Shown here: one piece after another, positions 47,471 through 57,151 of the stretch | Numbering within the stretch: position 1 is the first letter of the stretch | Layout of the letters: every line of letters starts with the position of its first letter | DNA from: an uncultured Verrucomicrobiae bacterium | Lineage (GTDB): Bacteria > Verrucomicrobiota > Verrucomicrobiia > Chthoniobacterales > JAFAMB01 | NCBI GenBank assembly: GCA_963762565.1 | Contig: CAVXLD010000001.1 | Coordinates: 512,001 to 576,000 of the forward strand | Direction: 5' to 3' | DNA length: 64,000 nucleotides | Made by a program: the position numbers and the translations under genes | The notes under the pieces: generated by a model | What the model was told of the DNA's origin: nothing | The model's input: only the letters and a program-made list of their open reading frames with translations | The model's database searches: none

Positions 47471-48409
47471 ATGACTGCGTCAACGGGGGAAACGAGCGAG
47501 AGCGCCGGCTTGTCCGACGAAGCTTCGGGAGTTTCAGACGACCGAGCGAAGGCGGAGAACCTGCCAGAACGCAAAACCGCTCAGAGCGTCTTGGTGATCG
47601 GTTGCGGTTACCTCGGGGCGCAGCTGCTAAGACAACTTGCCCGAAACGGATGGAAGGCGACGGGGATTACTCTGTCTGAATCGTCTGCCGGCGCGCTCAG
47701 GAGCCAGGGGCTAAAGGTCGTCGCCGCAGACCTGCGCACGTCCGATTTGCGAGTTCTCACCGAGACTAATCCGTCCGTAATCATTCACTGCGCCAGTTCC
47801 GGGAAAGGTGGAGCGATGGCCTATCGGGAGATCTTTCTCGAAACGACGAGGCGCCTCATTAACGAGACGAGCTTTGAGCATTTGTTCTTTACAAGCTCTA
47901 CCTCGGTCTATGCGCAAACAGACGGTTCGACCGTGACGGAGACGGACATCGCAGAACCGGAACGGGAGACCGGACAGATCCTGAGACAGACTGAAGAACT
48001 AGTGCTGGCATGCGATGGAACCGTTTTGCGCCTCGCCGGTATCTACGGCCCTGGACGTTGTGTCCCATTAGAGAAATTACTTTCCGGCGAAGCCGTGATT
48101 GAGGGTAATGGTGAACGTCTCGTCAACTCGATTCATCGGGATGATGCGGTATCCGCTTTTTGCCTGGCCGTTGGTGGCCGCTGGAAGGGCCTATTTAATG
48201 TTGTTGATAACGAGCCGGTAACTCAACTCGAGTGGTTCCAATGGGTGTGTGCTCGACTCGAGCGCCCTCTCCCCGCGTTTGCTCCGCGAGATCTGAACCG
48301 AAAACGGGCTTGGACCAGCAAACGAGTTACCAACGCGAAATTGCGTTCTATGGGGTGGATACCGCAGTATCCGAGCTTTCGGGAAGGTGTGCAGCAGATT
48401 CTGGCTTAG
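47471..48409 (+). CDS. NAD-dependent epimerase/dehydratase (atypical SDR)
   Basis: IGCGYLG, SSTSVY, RLAGIYGPGR, IHRDD; AGGAG SD before ATG 47471. Confidence 0.85.
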   Translation: MTASTGETSESAGLSDEASGVSDDRAKAENLPERKTAQSVLVIGCGYLGAQLLRQLARNGWKATGITLSESSAGALRSQGLKVVAADLRTSDLRVLTETNPSVIIHCASSGKGGAMAYREIFLETTRRLINETSFEHLFFTSSTSVYAQTDGSTVTETDIAEPERETGQILRQTEELVLACDGTVLRLAGIYGPGRCVPLEKLLSGEAVIEGNGERLVNSIHRDDAVSAFCLAVGGRWKGLFNVVDNEPVTQLEWFQWVCARLERPLPAFAPRDLNRKRAWTSKRVTNAKLRSMGWIPQYPSFREGVQQILA

Positions 48410-48751
48410 GAGCTAGGAGCTAGGAGGTGAGGGGTGAGGTACGCCAGGGGGTGAGCCGAACGCTAGTGAACGCTAGTCGACGGAGTGGAACCTGGTGGAC
48501 GGGGTGGCTGATCTCTGCTCTCCACTAAGGCCACTCCGTCCACGACGTCCACTCTGACTTCGCGCCGTGAGGTATCGGCGTCACGCCGGGCTATTCGCGG
48601 GAGCCGCTTGTTGCTTCGTTTTACGACCGTTCCGAGCGTCGAGACAAATAAGCGAGATCGAAGCGGATCGTTCCAAAGCGGCTCCCCTCCAGCGCTCGGC
48701 GCCGTGTCGCCATATCGCCCACTCGCCGCACGGCCATTCGCCCGCACGCCG

Positions 48752-50059
48752 TTACCTCACCACCCCGACACGTCCTTGCGGTCGCGGAGCAACGGCTAGC
48801 ACTAACAGACCGCCTAGCAACACTGCTCCACCGATCCCATAGAATGCATAATCCGATTTTTTGGTCGCCTCGCTTACCGCACCGACGATGGTGGGACCAA
48901 AAAAACCAGCCAAACCGCCGAGGGAATTGATCCAGGCAATTCCAGCGGCAGCGCTAGTGCCGGCCAACATGTCCGCCGGGATCGGCCAAAAAATGGGAAA
49001 CAACGACAATACGCCAATCGAAGAGAGGGTCACCCCTGTCATGGTTAACCAGGTGCTATTACTAGATGTGCCGACGACCACCAGGCCAGCACAACCAAGC
49101 AGCGCTCCGAAAAAATAATGCCAACGCCGTTCATTCGCTCGATCCGAACTATGCCCTAAAATCACCATCGCTACCGCTGCGAACCCGTAAGGAATCGCAG
49201 ATAAGAGCCCAACGTCGAGAGGATCACTTATTCCGGAGTTCTTGATGATCTGTGGCAACCAAAACCCGATGCCGTAAAGCCCGAGCGAATTGCAGAAGTA
49301 AATGAGTGACAGCACCAGTAGTTTCGGTTCCAGCAGTACGCGAACTAGCGGCAATCTGTCCTTAACTGCGTTCTCAGCGTCGATATTCGCTTCTAGCGTT
49401 TTCTTCTCAGCCTCCGTCAACCAGCGCGCGAACCGAATGCCATTCGGTAGCATGAACGGGACGCAAACGCCGATGATAATCGCCGGTAAAGCCTCCACCA
49501 AAAAAAGCATCTGCCACCCTCTCAAACCCGCGACCCCGGAGAACTGATGCAAAATCCACCCCGACAGGGGGTTGCCGATCATTCCAGTCACGGCGATAGC
49601 CGTCATAAACCAGGCGACGATCTGTGCTCGCCAGTTGGATGGGAACCAGTAAGTCAGATAAAGAATGATGCCCGGGAAAAAGCCGGCCTCGGCGAAGCCA
49701 AGCAAAAACCGTAAGGCGTAGAATGAGGCGGCAGAATTTACGAAAAGCGTCATTCCGGAGATAATCCCCCAGGTGATCATAATGCGGGCAATCCAGAGAC
49801 GGGCGCCGATCTTTTCCAGCAGCAGATTGCTTGGCACCTCAAAGAGCAAGTACCCAAAGAAGAAAATGCCGGAAGCAAAGCCGTAGACCGAGTCGCTCAG
49901 ACCGAGATCGCTTTGCATCTGCAGTTTGGCAAAGCCTACATTGATCCGGTCGAGATAAGCCGTGACGTAACAAAGAAAAAGCAGCGGTAATAAACGCAGC
50001 GCGACCTTGGTGTAAAGCCGGTCCGCGGAAACGGAGGCAATCTGGGGAGAAACGGCCAT
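48752..50059 (-). CDS. MFS transporter (ACS/tartrate-type)
   Basis: YLDRINVGFAKL, FEVPSN, WIARIMITWG, AEAGFFPG. Confidence 0.92.
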   Translation of the reverse strand: MAVSPQIASVSADRLYTKVALRLLPLLFLCYVTAYLDRINVGFAKLQMQSDLGLSDSVYGFASGIFFFGYLLFEVPSNLLLEKIGARLWIARIMITWGIISGMTLFVNSAASFYALRFLLGFAEAGFFPGIILYLTYWFPSNWRAQIVAWFMTAIAVTGMIGNPLSGWILHQFSGVAGLRGWQMLFLVEALPAIIIGVCVPFMLPNGIRFARWLTEAEKKTLEANIDAENAVKDRLPLVRVLLEPKLLVLSLIYFCNSLGLYGIGFWLPQIIKNSGISDPLDVGLLSAIPYGFAAVAMVILGHSSDRANERRWHYFFGALLGCAGLVVVGTSSNSTWLTMTGVTLSSIGVLSLFPIFWPIPADMLAGTSAAAGIAWINSLGGLAGFFGPTIVGAVSEATKKSDYAFYGIGGAVLLGGLLVLAVAPRPQGRVGVVR

Positions 50060-50159
50060 TCTGGGGGGTAGGTTCTAAGTTGTAGGTTAGAGGTTGCGGG
50101 TTTGGGGTCAATTCCTGGGGAGTTCTGGCGAATCCGCGAAATCTGATCCTGATAGACGG

Positions 50160-50733
50160 CTAGACATCCTTGATATCCGGGCGCGCAGGCGCCAACCGGG
50201 CGCCGCCGAATCCGGGTGCTCTGATCCAAGCCAAAACGGCAAGCGGCATCATGAGAAAAATGGAAATCAGGCGAGAAGCCCAGAGAATACTGGAGACGAT
50301 CCAAGACCTGCCAGTGGCATCGACAAAAACGCCGTTTAAAGAGGCTGGAACCGCGATCAACAGGTTCCCCAGAGCGGAGACACCATAGAAAAGGATGGCT
50401 AGGCGCCAATGTCTCTTCGATGCTGATTGGGTAGGTCTCGACCTCAAGTATAACGCGAATAGCTGGTAGAAAATATAAACGGTGAGCAACCAGCCGAAGA
50501 AGTTGCTGAGTGGCACGCCGTAGAACGGGCCTCCATCGCGCCACACCCAAGCTCTATCAATGTCTGCCCAGACCGTACATGCGGCCCCCGTGGATCACGG
50601 CGAACAAGATCGGTGGAACAACGTGCAGGCCGGCGATCACGAGACCGGGAACCTCCTCAGGAAAGAGCTGCAGAACCCTGCCCACTAGATACGCCAGCAG
50701 CAAAACCCACAGTAGAAATCGCCGCTCTTTCAT
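50160..50733 (-). pseudogene. Carotenoid-biosynthesis (CruF/DUF422-like) membrane protein with an internal deletion and frameshift
   Basis: N-part MKERR...IHGGRMYGL ends in a stop; C-part VWADIDRAWVWRDGGPFYGVPLSNFFGW lies in another frame; the central GFPFG/VP region is absent. Confidence 0.7.
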
Positions 50734-50807
50734 GGAAGCCGGGAGAGATGAGCGATCTGCGAGACCAGCAGCAAACGGGTTGCGCCAGCAACCCATTTGC
50801 TGCCAAT

Positions 50808-50855
50808 AGCCTGAACCGTCGAAAAATCGTCAGCGATTTTTTGACGGTTCAGGCT
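50808..50855. repeat. 22-bp inverted repeat with the peptidase stop codon in the loop
   Basis: agcctgaaccgtcgaaaaatcg-tcag-cgattttttgacggttcaggct (21/22). Confidence 0.88.
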
Positions 50856-52965
50856 TGGTGTTATCCCACATAAACGCCATTACATCGGCAGCTTCGTCGA
50901 CCGCTTTGGCCAATGGTTTACCACCTCCATGCCCGGCCTTGGTATCAATCCTGATCAAGACCGGATTATCGCATCCCTGAGCTGCTTGTAAGGTTGCGGC
51001 GAACTTGAAGGAATGTCCCGGCACGACTCGATCATCATGGTCGGCAGTCGTAATTAAAGTCGGCGGATAGCAGGTTCCCGGATGGACGTTGTGTAACGGA
51101 GAGTACTTAATCAAATATTTGAAATCTTCGGGATTGTCGGAACTGCCGTAATCCGAGATCCATCCGTAACCGACGGTAAACTTCTGAAACCGCAGCATAT
51201 CAAGGACGCCAACCCCTGGCACAGCCGCGCCAAACAGATCAGGTCGTTGGGTCATGCAGGCGCCGATTAAGAGACCACCGTTTGATTTCCCGGTAATACT
51301 AAGCTGTTTCGAGGTCGTGTACTTCAGCTTAACGAGCGTTTCCGCCGCCGCGATGAAATCGTCAAACACGTTTTGTTTGCGTTCTCGGGTCCCTGCTTCG
51401 TGCCATTCCCTTCCGTACTCACCGCCTCCCCGCATATTGGGTTGGGCAAAGATACCGCCCTTTTGTACCCAAGCGAGATAGCCCGCGGAGAATAGCGGTT
51501 TCATGGAGACGTCGAATCCACCATAGCCAGTCAGGTACACCTGGTTATTGCCGTCGAGCCGGCTGTCTTTACGCCGGACAATGAACATCGGGACACGAGT
51601 TCCGTCTTTGGAGTGATAGAAGATTTGCTCCGTCACGTAATCGTCCGCGTTAATATCGAGAGACGGCTTTTTGAATACCGCTCCTTTGCCGGTTTCAACA
51701 TCGTAGCTGAAGATTGTGGCTGGATAGAGAAACGAGGTAAACGCGTAGAACAGCTCCGGTCGATCTTGATCGCCGCTGATACTATTAATAGAGCCCAGCC
51801 CCGGCAACGGGACCTCAGCCGTTGCCTGGCCGTCGAGTGAAACCACCTTCAGCTGGTTCCTGGCGTCGACCAAGTAGTTCAATACCAGCTTTCCGCCAAC
51901 GATCCCAGCGTCTTCCAAGAGATCTTTAGCGCCCGGAACCACCTCATCAGCCTGATTCGCTTCATGCTTGGTTAAATCGATGGAAATGACTCGGCAGGTC
52001 GGAGCATCCTTGTCAGTTCTCAGAAATAGTCGTCCCCCAACCACCGCGATCGGCCAATACTTGGCATCGAACCGATCAAAAACCGGCTGCGCCGCTCCGT
52101 CCAATTTAGGCTGGCCGGTTTCGCCAAGGTCTTTCACATAGATCGCGTTCTTATTCTCTTGGTTCTGGGAAACATCGATAATCAGGTAGCGGCTATCTTT
52201 GGAGGTAGATGCCGAAAGGAACCATTGAGGCGCGTCTGTTCTTTGGTAGACCAGCACATCCTCGCTCTGCGGATGACCTAGTCGGTGATAATAGATGGCC
52301 GGGGCGCCCAGTTTAGCCAACTTCTGGTCGGTCTCATTATCCGGCTGCGGGTAACGGGTATAAAAGAACCCTGAATTGTCTTTCGACCAACCCAGATCGG
52401 AAAACTTCACCCATTTGATCACGTCGGGAAGCTCTTGTCCTGAGTCGAGATCCTTTACGTGAATCTCCGTCCAGTCAGAACCGCTGGCCTCTAGCCCATA
52501 AGCAAAAAATTTGCCGTCATTGCTGAGGCTTTCGATCCCAACCGAGACCGTCCCATCTTTTGAGAGTTGATTAGGGTCAAGAACGACTTGTGGTGTGTCG
52601 TCCAAGTTTTTGACGGTATAAATCACGCTCTGGTTCTGCAGACCGTCGTTCTTTTGATAAATGTAGCGGCCGCCGACCCAGTACGGAGTGCTGTAGCGTT
52701 CGTAATTCAAAAGCTTCATCATGCGTTCGTGAAAATCTTCACGGTCTGGAAGCTTCTCGAGATAAGGACGACTGAGATCGTTCTCCGCCTTAATCCAGGC
52801 AACCGATTCAGGCGAATCGCTGTTCTCGAGCCACCGATAGGGATCCGCTACCTTGGTCCCAAAGTAGTCATCGACGACATCTTGTTTCTTGGCGATGGGG
52901 TACTTCAACGCCCCACCTATCGCGATTCCCGCCATAGAAATTAGAAGCAAAAACGCTCGTAGCAT
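50830..52965 (-). CDS. Prolyl oligopeptidase (S9A), secreted
   Basis: DPYRWLE, GYGGF, RGGGEYG, GKSNGG (Ser), DHDDRV (Asp), AGHG (His); signal peptide MLRAFLLL. Confidence 0.95.
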   Translation of the reverse strand: MLRAFLLLISMAGIAIGGALKYPIAKKQDVVDDYFGTKVADPYRWLENSDSPESVAWIKAENDLSRPYLEKLPDREDFHERMMKLLNYERYSTPYWVGGRYIYQKNDGLQNQSVIYTVKNLDDTPQVVLDPNQLSKDGTVSVGIESLSNDGKFFAYGLEASGSDWTEIHVKDLDSGQELPDVIKWVKFSDLGWSKDNSGFFYTRYPQPDNETDQKLAKLGAPAIYYHRLGHPQSEDVLVYQRTDAPQWFLSASTSKDSRYLIIDVSQNQENKNAIYVKDLGETGQPKLDGAAQPVFDRFDAKYWPIAVVGGRLFLRTDKDAPTCRVISIDLTKHEANQADEVVPGAKDLLEDAGIVGGKLVLNYLVDARNQLKVVSLDGQATAEVPLPGLGSINSISGDQDRPELFYAFTSFLYPATIFSYDVETGKGAVFKKPSLDINADDYVTEQIFYHSKDGTRVPMFIVRRKDSRLDGNNQVYLTGYGGFDVSMKPLFSAGYLAWVQKGGIFAQPNMRGGGEYGREWHEAGTRERKQNVFDDFIAAAETLVKLKYTTSKQLSITGKSNGGLLIGACMTQRPDLFGAAVPGVGVLDMLRFQKFTVGYGWISDYGSSDNPEDFKYLIKYSPLHNVHPGTCYPPTLITTADHDDRVVPGHSFKFAATLQAAQGCDNPVLIRIDTKAGHGGGKPLAKAVDEAADVMAFMWDNTKPEPSKNR

Positions 52966-53028
52966 GCGCGACACGGAAGCACTAAAAGTGAGAAGTGAGA
53001 AGTGAGAAGTGATTGGTGAGAGGCGTAA

Positions 53029-53348
53029 CGGCGTGTGGGCGAAACGGCGAAAGGGCGACGCGCCGGGGTCGGTAGGGCGAAAAACTCGGCGCGCCCAAAG
53101 CCTTGTTTTTTCCCCTGACACGTCCGCGCCGGTTTTGAGCCGCGCCGTGCGGCAGGCTTGCCCATGACGCAACTCGACACAGACGCTGGATTTAGGAACA
53201 GCGATTGATGATGCCAGCCCCACGGCGCGGCTCAAATCCGGCGCGGAACCGTAATTGAAAATGGCCTATCCTCGGCGCGCCGAGATTTTCGCCCTACCGG
53301 TCCTGGCGACGCTCGCCCTATCGCCCCGTCGCCGTATCGCCCCGTCGC
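53029..53348. repeat. Composite element, copy 2 (same IR1/IR2 as 34948-35270)
   Basis: gtagggcgaaaaactcggcgcgcc ... ggcgcgccgagattttcgccctac; cgcgccggttttgagccgcgccgtg ... cacggcgcggctcaaatccggcgcg. Confidence 0.85.
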
Positions 53349-53416
53349 TACCTCTCACCGCCCCTCGGAGCTACCCCTTTACAAATGCATGAACCCACCC
53401 CATATTCTGCGCCCTT

Positions 53417-53947
53417 ATGTGGCTGTCGATTCTGATTCCGATCTTGCTCACCATATTGGTGATTGTCTGCGTCCTGCTGACATTAGTGATCCTCATGCAG
53501 AGGCCGCGCAGCGAAGGATTAGGGGCGGCATTCGGCTCAGGGATGACCGAGAACATTTTCGGCGCCCAGACCACGACTGTCCTCACTAAGGCGACGGTCT
53601 ATCTCGGCGGAACATTATTCGGGGTTACCCTTCTTATTACGATTTTGGTTGCCAGACAGAGTTCTGAGAGACGGGTCGGCCTCCTGGAAAATGAGCTAAA
53701 AAGCGCGAAACCGGCTGCGACCTCAACGGTGGCACCCAAAACGATCGCCGTCCCGAGCCCTGCGACTGCTTTGCCAAGCCCGACGGTAAACTCCTCCAGC
53801 ACTCCTGGGGCCAGCGTAACACCGGAAGCGTCCGCGTCGGCGCAGACTTCAGCAACCCCCGAAGTATCAGCGACTCCCGTGGTTTCGGCGACACCCCAAG
53901 TGACGCCTAGCCCGGTGGCATCTCCGAGCGCCACGGCCACACCGTAA
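53417..53947 (+). CDS. secG: Preprotein translocase subunit SecG with long P/T/S/A tail
   Basis: VILMQRPRSEGLGAAFG, VLTKAT, two TM helices. Confidence 0.92.
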   Translation: MWLSILIPILLTILVIVCVLLTLVILMQRPRSEGLGAAFGSGMTENIFGAQTTTVLTKATVYLGGTLFGVTLLITILVARQSSERRVGLLENELKSAKPAATSTVAPKTIAVPSPATALPSPTVNSSSTPGASVTPEASASAQTSATPEVSATPVVSATPQVTPSPVASPSATATP

Positions 53948-53950
53948 CGA

Positions 53951-54185
53951 GGCGGATGGGCGTGTCGGCGTAACCGCATGCCCGGTAATTCTCAAGGGCT
54001 CGACCTTGGTGACAAATAAGACTTATGGGACCTATATGACTTATATGACGAAGGCCTTATAAGTCCCATGTGTCCTATAGAGTCCAGTCGCGCCGCAGGC
54101 TTGGCGAAGGCGGATCCCATCCGCAGTTAGCCCCAGTGGACGCCGACACGCCGATACGCCGACACGCCCACACGCCCATACGCCT
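53951..54185. repeat. Inverted GGCGTRTS octamer arrays with nested GACCTATA nonamers, spanning the secG stop to the next start
   Basis: aggcggatgggcgtgtcggcgt vs acgccgacacgcccacacgcccatacgcct. Confidence 0.8.
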
Positions 54186-54186
54186 A

Positions 54187-55773
54187 GTGCTCCCCGTCTC
54201 AGCGATTGCCATCGCCTGCGCGCTCGCCGGCTGCGATTCGCCTGGTTCGCGCGCTGACCTTGTGGTTCTCAATGGAGCAGAACCCGAGTCGATCGATCCG
54301 GCCGAGATTACCGGTCAGCTTGATGGACGCATCGCTTACGCCCTATTCGAAGGGTTACTACATTTTGATCGTTTTGGGCATCCTCAACCTGGCATTGCGC
54401 AGTCCTGGGATATCTCGTCCGATCGCCGGACTTATACCTTTCACCTTCGGCCGGAAGCCAAATGGAGCAACGGTGATCCCGTTACAGCAGACGATTTTGT
54501 AGCTTCCTGGAGACGAGAGCTATTACCAGCGACCGCCTCAGAATATGCCTATATTTTCTATCCAATTCGGAATGCTGAAGCTTTTAACGACGGCACCGCA
54601 AAAGACTTTTCCACGGTCGGTGTTAAGGCACAGGATCGGCAGACGCTGCAGGTAGAACTGGAGAATCCGACTCCTTACTTCCTGGATCTTTGTTGTTTCT
54701 TCACCTATTTGCCGGTCCACGTGCCATCCATCCAGAAGTTCGGTGACGACTGGTTCAAGCCAGGCAACTTGGTCAGCGACGGGCCGTTCTTGCTTAAGGA
54801 ATGGAAACTGAACTATCGGATGCGGCTAAAAAAGAATCCCACTTTCTGGGATGCGAAGAACGTCCAGTTGGAGACCATCGATATTTTGCCGATCGAGAAC
54901 GCGATTACCGCGTACAACTTTTATGCCTCCAAAGTGGCGGACCTGATTCTCGACAAAGGATTAACGCCGCCTTCGCTTATCCCCGAACTAAAAGCTCGCT
55001 CCGATTTCCACGCCGCTCCATTCCTGGGCGACTATTTCATTCGATTCAACGTAACGCGTAAGCCATTTTCGGATCCTAGGGTACGACAGGCGTTTGCTAT
55101 GGTTATCGACCGGGAACGGATAGTCCGGAAAATTACTCAGGCGGGCGAACATCCTGCTTATTCGTTTACCCCGCCGGGGACTGGGGGCGATTATCAGCCG
55201 CCAAATATGTTTGGTTTGAATCCAAGCCGAGCCAGGGAACTGTTAGCGGACGCCGGTTATCCTGGGGGAAAAGGGTTCCCCCCTATTTCTTATCTCTACG
55301 ACAATAAGAAACTAAACGAAGATATTGCCGTTGAAATTCAGAGCATGCTTTCGCAGGAGCTGGGCGTCCATGTGGAGCTCGTGAAGCAAGAATGGAAGGT
55401 TTATCTCAACTCAACAAATCGCCTTGATTACGATTTTTGCCGGTCGAGTTGGATTGGCGACTATGATGACCCAAATTCGTTCCTCGAGTGTTTCGTCACG
55501 AATAGCGGCAACAATCGGACGGGCTGGAGCAACCGAACTTATGATGAGCTGCTCGACCGAGCAGCCAAAGAAGCAGATCCGCAGACTAGGTTAAGAATCC
55601 TGGCCCAGGCCGAAGACATATTGCTCAACCAAGGGACGCCTATCTGTCCGCTTTATTTTTACATGGGAATCCAGATTTACGATGGAACCAAATTCGGCGG
55701 AATTGAGCCGAACCTCCTCGATAATCATCCGTTCCGTGAGATCTATCGCGTGAGCGGAGAGAGCGCAAAGTGA
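54187..55773 (+). CDS. OppA-like peptide ABC transporter substrate-binding lipoprotein
   Basis: LAGC lipobox, EPESIDP, LFEGL, KWSNGDPVTADDF, WIGDYDDP; GTG start inferred. Confidence 0.9.
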   Translation: MLPVSAIAIACALAGCDSPGSRADLVVLNGAEPESIDPAEITGQLDGRIAYALFEGLLHFDRFGHPQPGIAQSWDISSDRRTYTFHLRPEAKWSNGDPVTADDFVASWRRELLPATASEYAYIFYPIRNAEAFNDGTAKDFSTVGVKAQDRQTLQVELENPTPYFLDLCCFFTYLPVHVPSIQKFGDDWFKPGNLVSDGPFLLKEWKLNYRMRLKKNPTFWDAKNVQLETIDILPIENAITAYNFYASKVADLILDKGLTPPSLIPELKARSDFHAAPFLGDYFIRFNVTRKPFSDPRVRQAFAMVIDRERIVRKITQAGEHPAYSFTPPGTGGDYQPPNMFGLNPSRARELLADAGYPGGKGFPPISYLYDNKKLNEDIAVEIQSMLSQELGVHVELVKQEWKVYLNSTNRLDYDFCRSSWIGDYDDPNSFLECFVTNSGNNRTGWSNRTYDELLDRAAKEADPQTRLRILAQAEDILLNQGTPICPLYFYMGIQIYDGTKFGGIEPNLLDNHPFREIYRVSGESAK

Positions 55774-55796
55774 GAGGTGATTAGGGATTGGTGATT

Positions 55797-56083
55797 GGTG
55801 GGGCGAGGCTCCCGAACGTCCTAAAGGGGTTCGCAAAGGATACTGATTCTTTTCGCAGATGCGTCGCCCTGCGCCTTTACGCTCGCCGAGCCGTGCCCAG
55901 CGCACTGACCTCGTCACAACTGCCGACCACAATCGAGTCAGCAACCGAACCGCTGCAAATGACTACACCTAGCAACGCGCTGGGACCGGCTCGGCAAGCG
56001 TAATGACTCGGCACATTCATTCACCGGGGAAAACTAGCGGCCTTGCGCACCTCCCCAGTCCGTTCGGGAGCCTCGCCCCACCA
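55797..56083. repeat. GTGG-type REP doublet with expanded arms
   Basis: ggtggggcgaggctcccgaacg vs cgttcgggagcctcgccccacc; inner ttacgctcgccgagccg vs cggctcggcaagcgtaa. Confidence 0.88.
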
Positions 56084-56160
56084 AATTACTGCTTACCGCT
56101 TGCGTGCTAAATCGGGAATAAATAACCCCCACCTGAAGTCATATCGGTTGAAGGACTTGT

Positions 56161-56709
56161 ATGAGAAACCACAATTTTTGGTACCTCGCTCCGCTGATGA
56201 CGATTATGATCGGTTCATCCGCGTTCGCGTCATCGCCGTCCAACGTGATCATCACCTTCGTTCATCCAGAACGATTCACGGATTTCAGAGCGCAGGACTG
56301 GCCGGAGCAGAGGACTGCACTTTGGTTTGCAAAAGACATGACGGCCGCGCTCGCGCCGTTAGTCGCCAACCGGGCGCCCGGGTGTAGGCTCACCTTGCAG
56401 TTCACAGACATCGACCTAGGCGGCCGTTACGAGCCTCGATTGGAGCCTAAGTTCAGTCAGATCCGCTTTTATCATAACGGCCGCGAACCGGTCCGATTGT
56501 ATTTTAATTACACCCTCACGGATCCACACGGCGGCGTTCTAGCAAGTGGCTCGGACGCAGCCACCGACGCCTTGTATTTGGATAGGTACCCGACTGAATC
56601 CATCGAGATCCGTTACGAGGAGTTCTTTTTCGAGAAACAGGTTTTGCTTTCTTGGGTCAGAACGAAAGTCAGCCCATCCACCAACACCCAGTTTATCCAA
56701 AAACGCTAA
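56161..56709 (+). CDS. DUF3016-like secreted protein
   Basis: Signal peptide; PERFTD, FTDIDLGG, FNYTL, FEKQVL..W. Confidence 0.7.
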   Translation: MRNHNFWYLAPLMTIMIGSSAFASSPSNVIITFVHPERFTDFRAQDWPEQRTALWFAKDMTAALAPLVANRAPGCRLTLQFTDIDLGGRYEPRLEPKFSQIRFYHNGREPVRLYFNYTLTDPHGGVLASGSDAATDALYLDRYPTESIEIRYEEFFFEKQVLLSWVRTKVSPSTNTQFIQKR

Positions 56710-56749
56710 CCAATGGTTTTGGCGACCCGAGAGTCTTTTGGGCGGGCCA

Positions 56750-57139
56750 CCGAAAGTCTTCGGGGCAGGCAGGCGGCTCTCTGAGTTGTCTAGCATCGCT
56801 GCCTGAGTAGGCCCAGCGATGCTAGATGGAAAAACGCGCACCCGCGCATTTTGAACTAACCGGGTTGGAGGCCCCGGATCGTTCTCAGATGAGCTCGCCT
56901 TGCCTGCCCCGAAGGCTTTCGGAAGGCATCCGTAGGTAGGGCGAGGCTCCGGAACGTCTGAAGGGCATAGCAGGGTGAAATCGCTCTTCGCCTGCACATG
57001 GCACGCAGCGCCTGAAAGCTGCCGAGCCGTGTGTCGCGCAACCCACGGCTCGGCAACTGTTAGGCGGTGCAACCCAGGAATCAATCACCGCGCCAGCCCT
57101 TGCGAAACGTTTTCGGTTGTGCGGGAGCCTCGCCCTACC
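56750..57139. repeat. Two adjacent inverted-repeat elements (CCGAAAG..GGGGCAGG type; GTAGGGCGAGGCTCC REP doublet)
   Basis: ccgaaagtcttcggggcaggca vs tgcctgccccgaaggctttcgg; ggtagggcgaggctcc vs ggagcctcgccctacc. Confidence 0.8.
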
Positions 57140-57151
57140 AGATTCTCCCCT

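Noticed and set aside
52966..54186. Long N-terminal extensions of the peptidase (to 53235) and OppA-like protein (from 54070)
   Set aside because: The extensions run through repeat elements; signal peptides begin at 52965 and 54187
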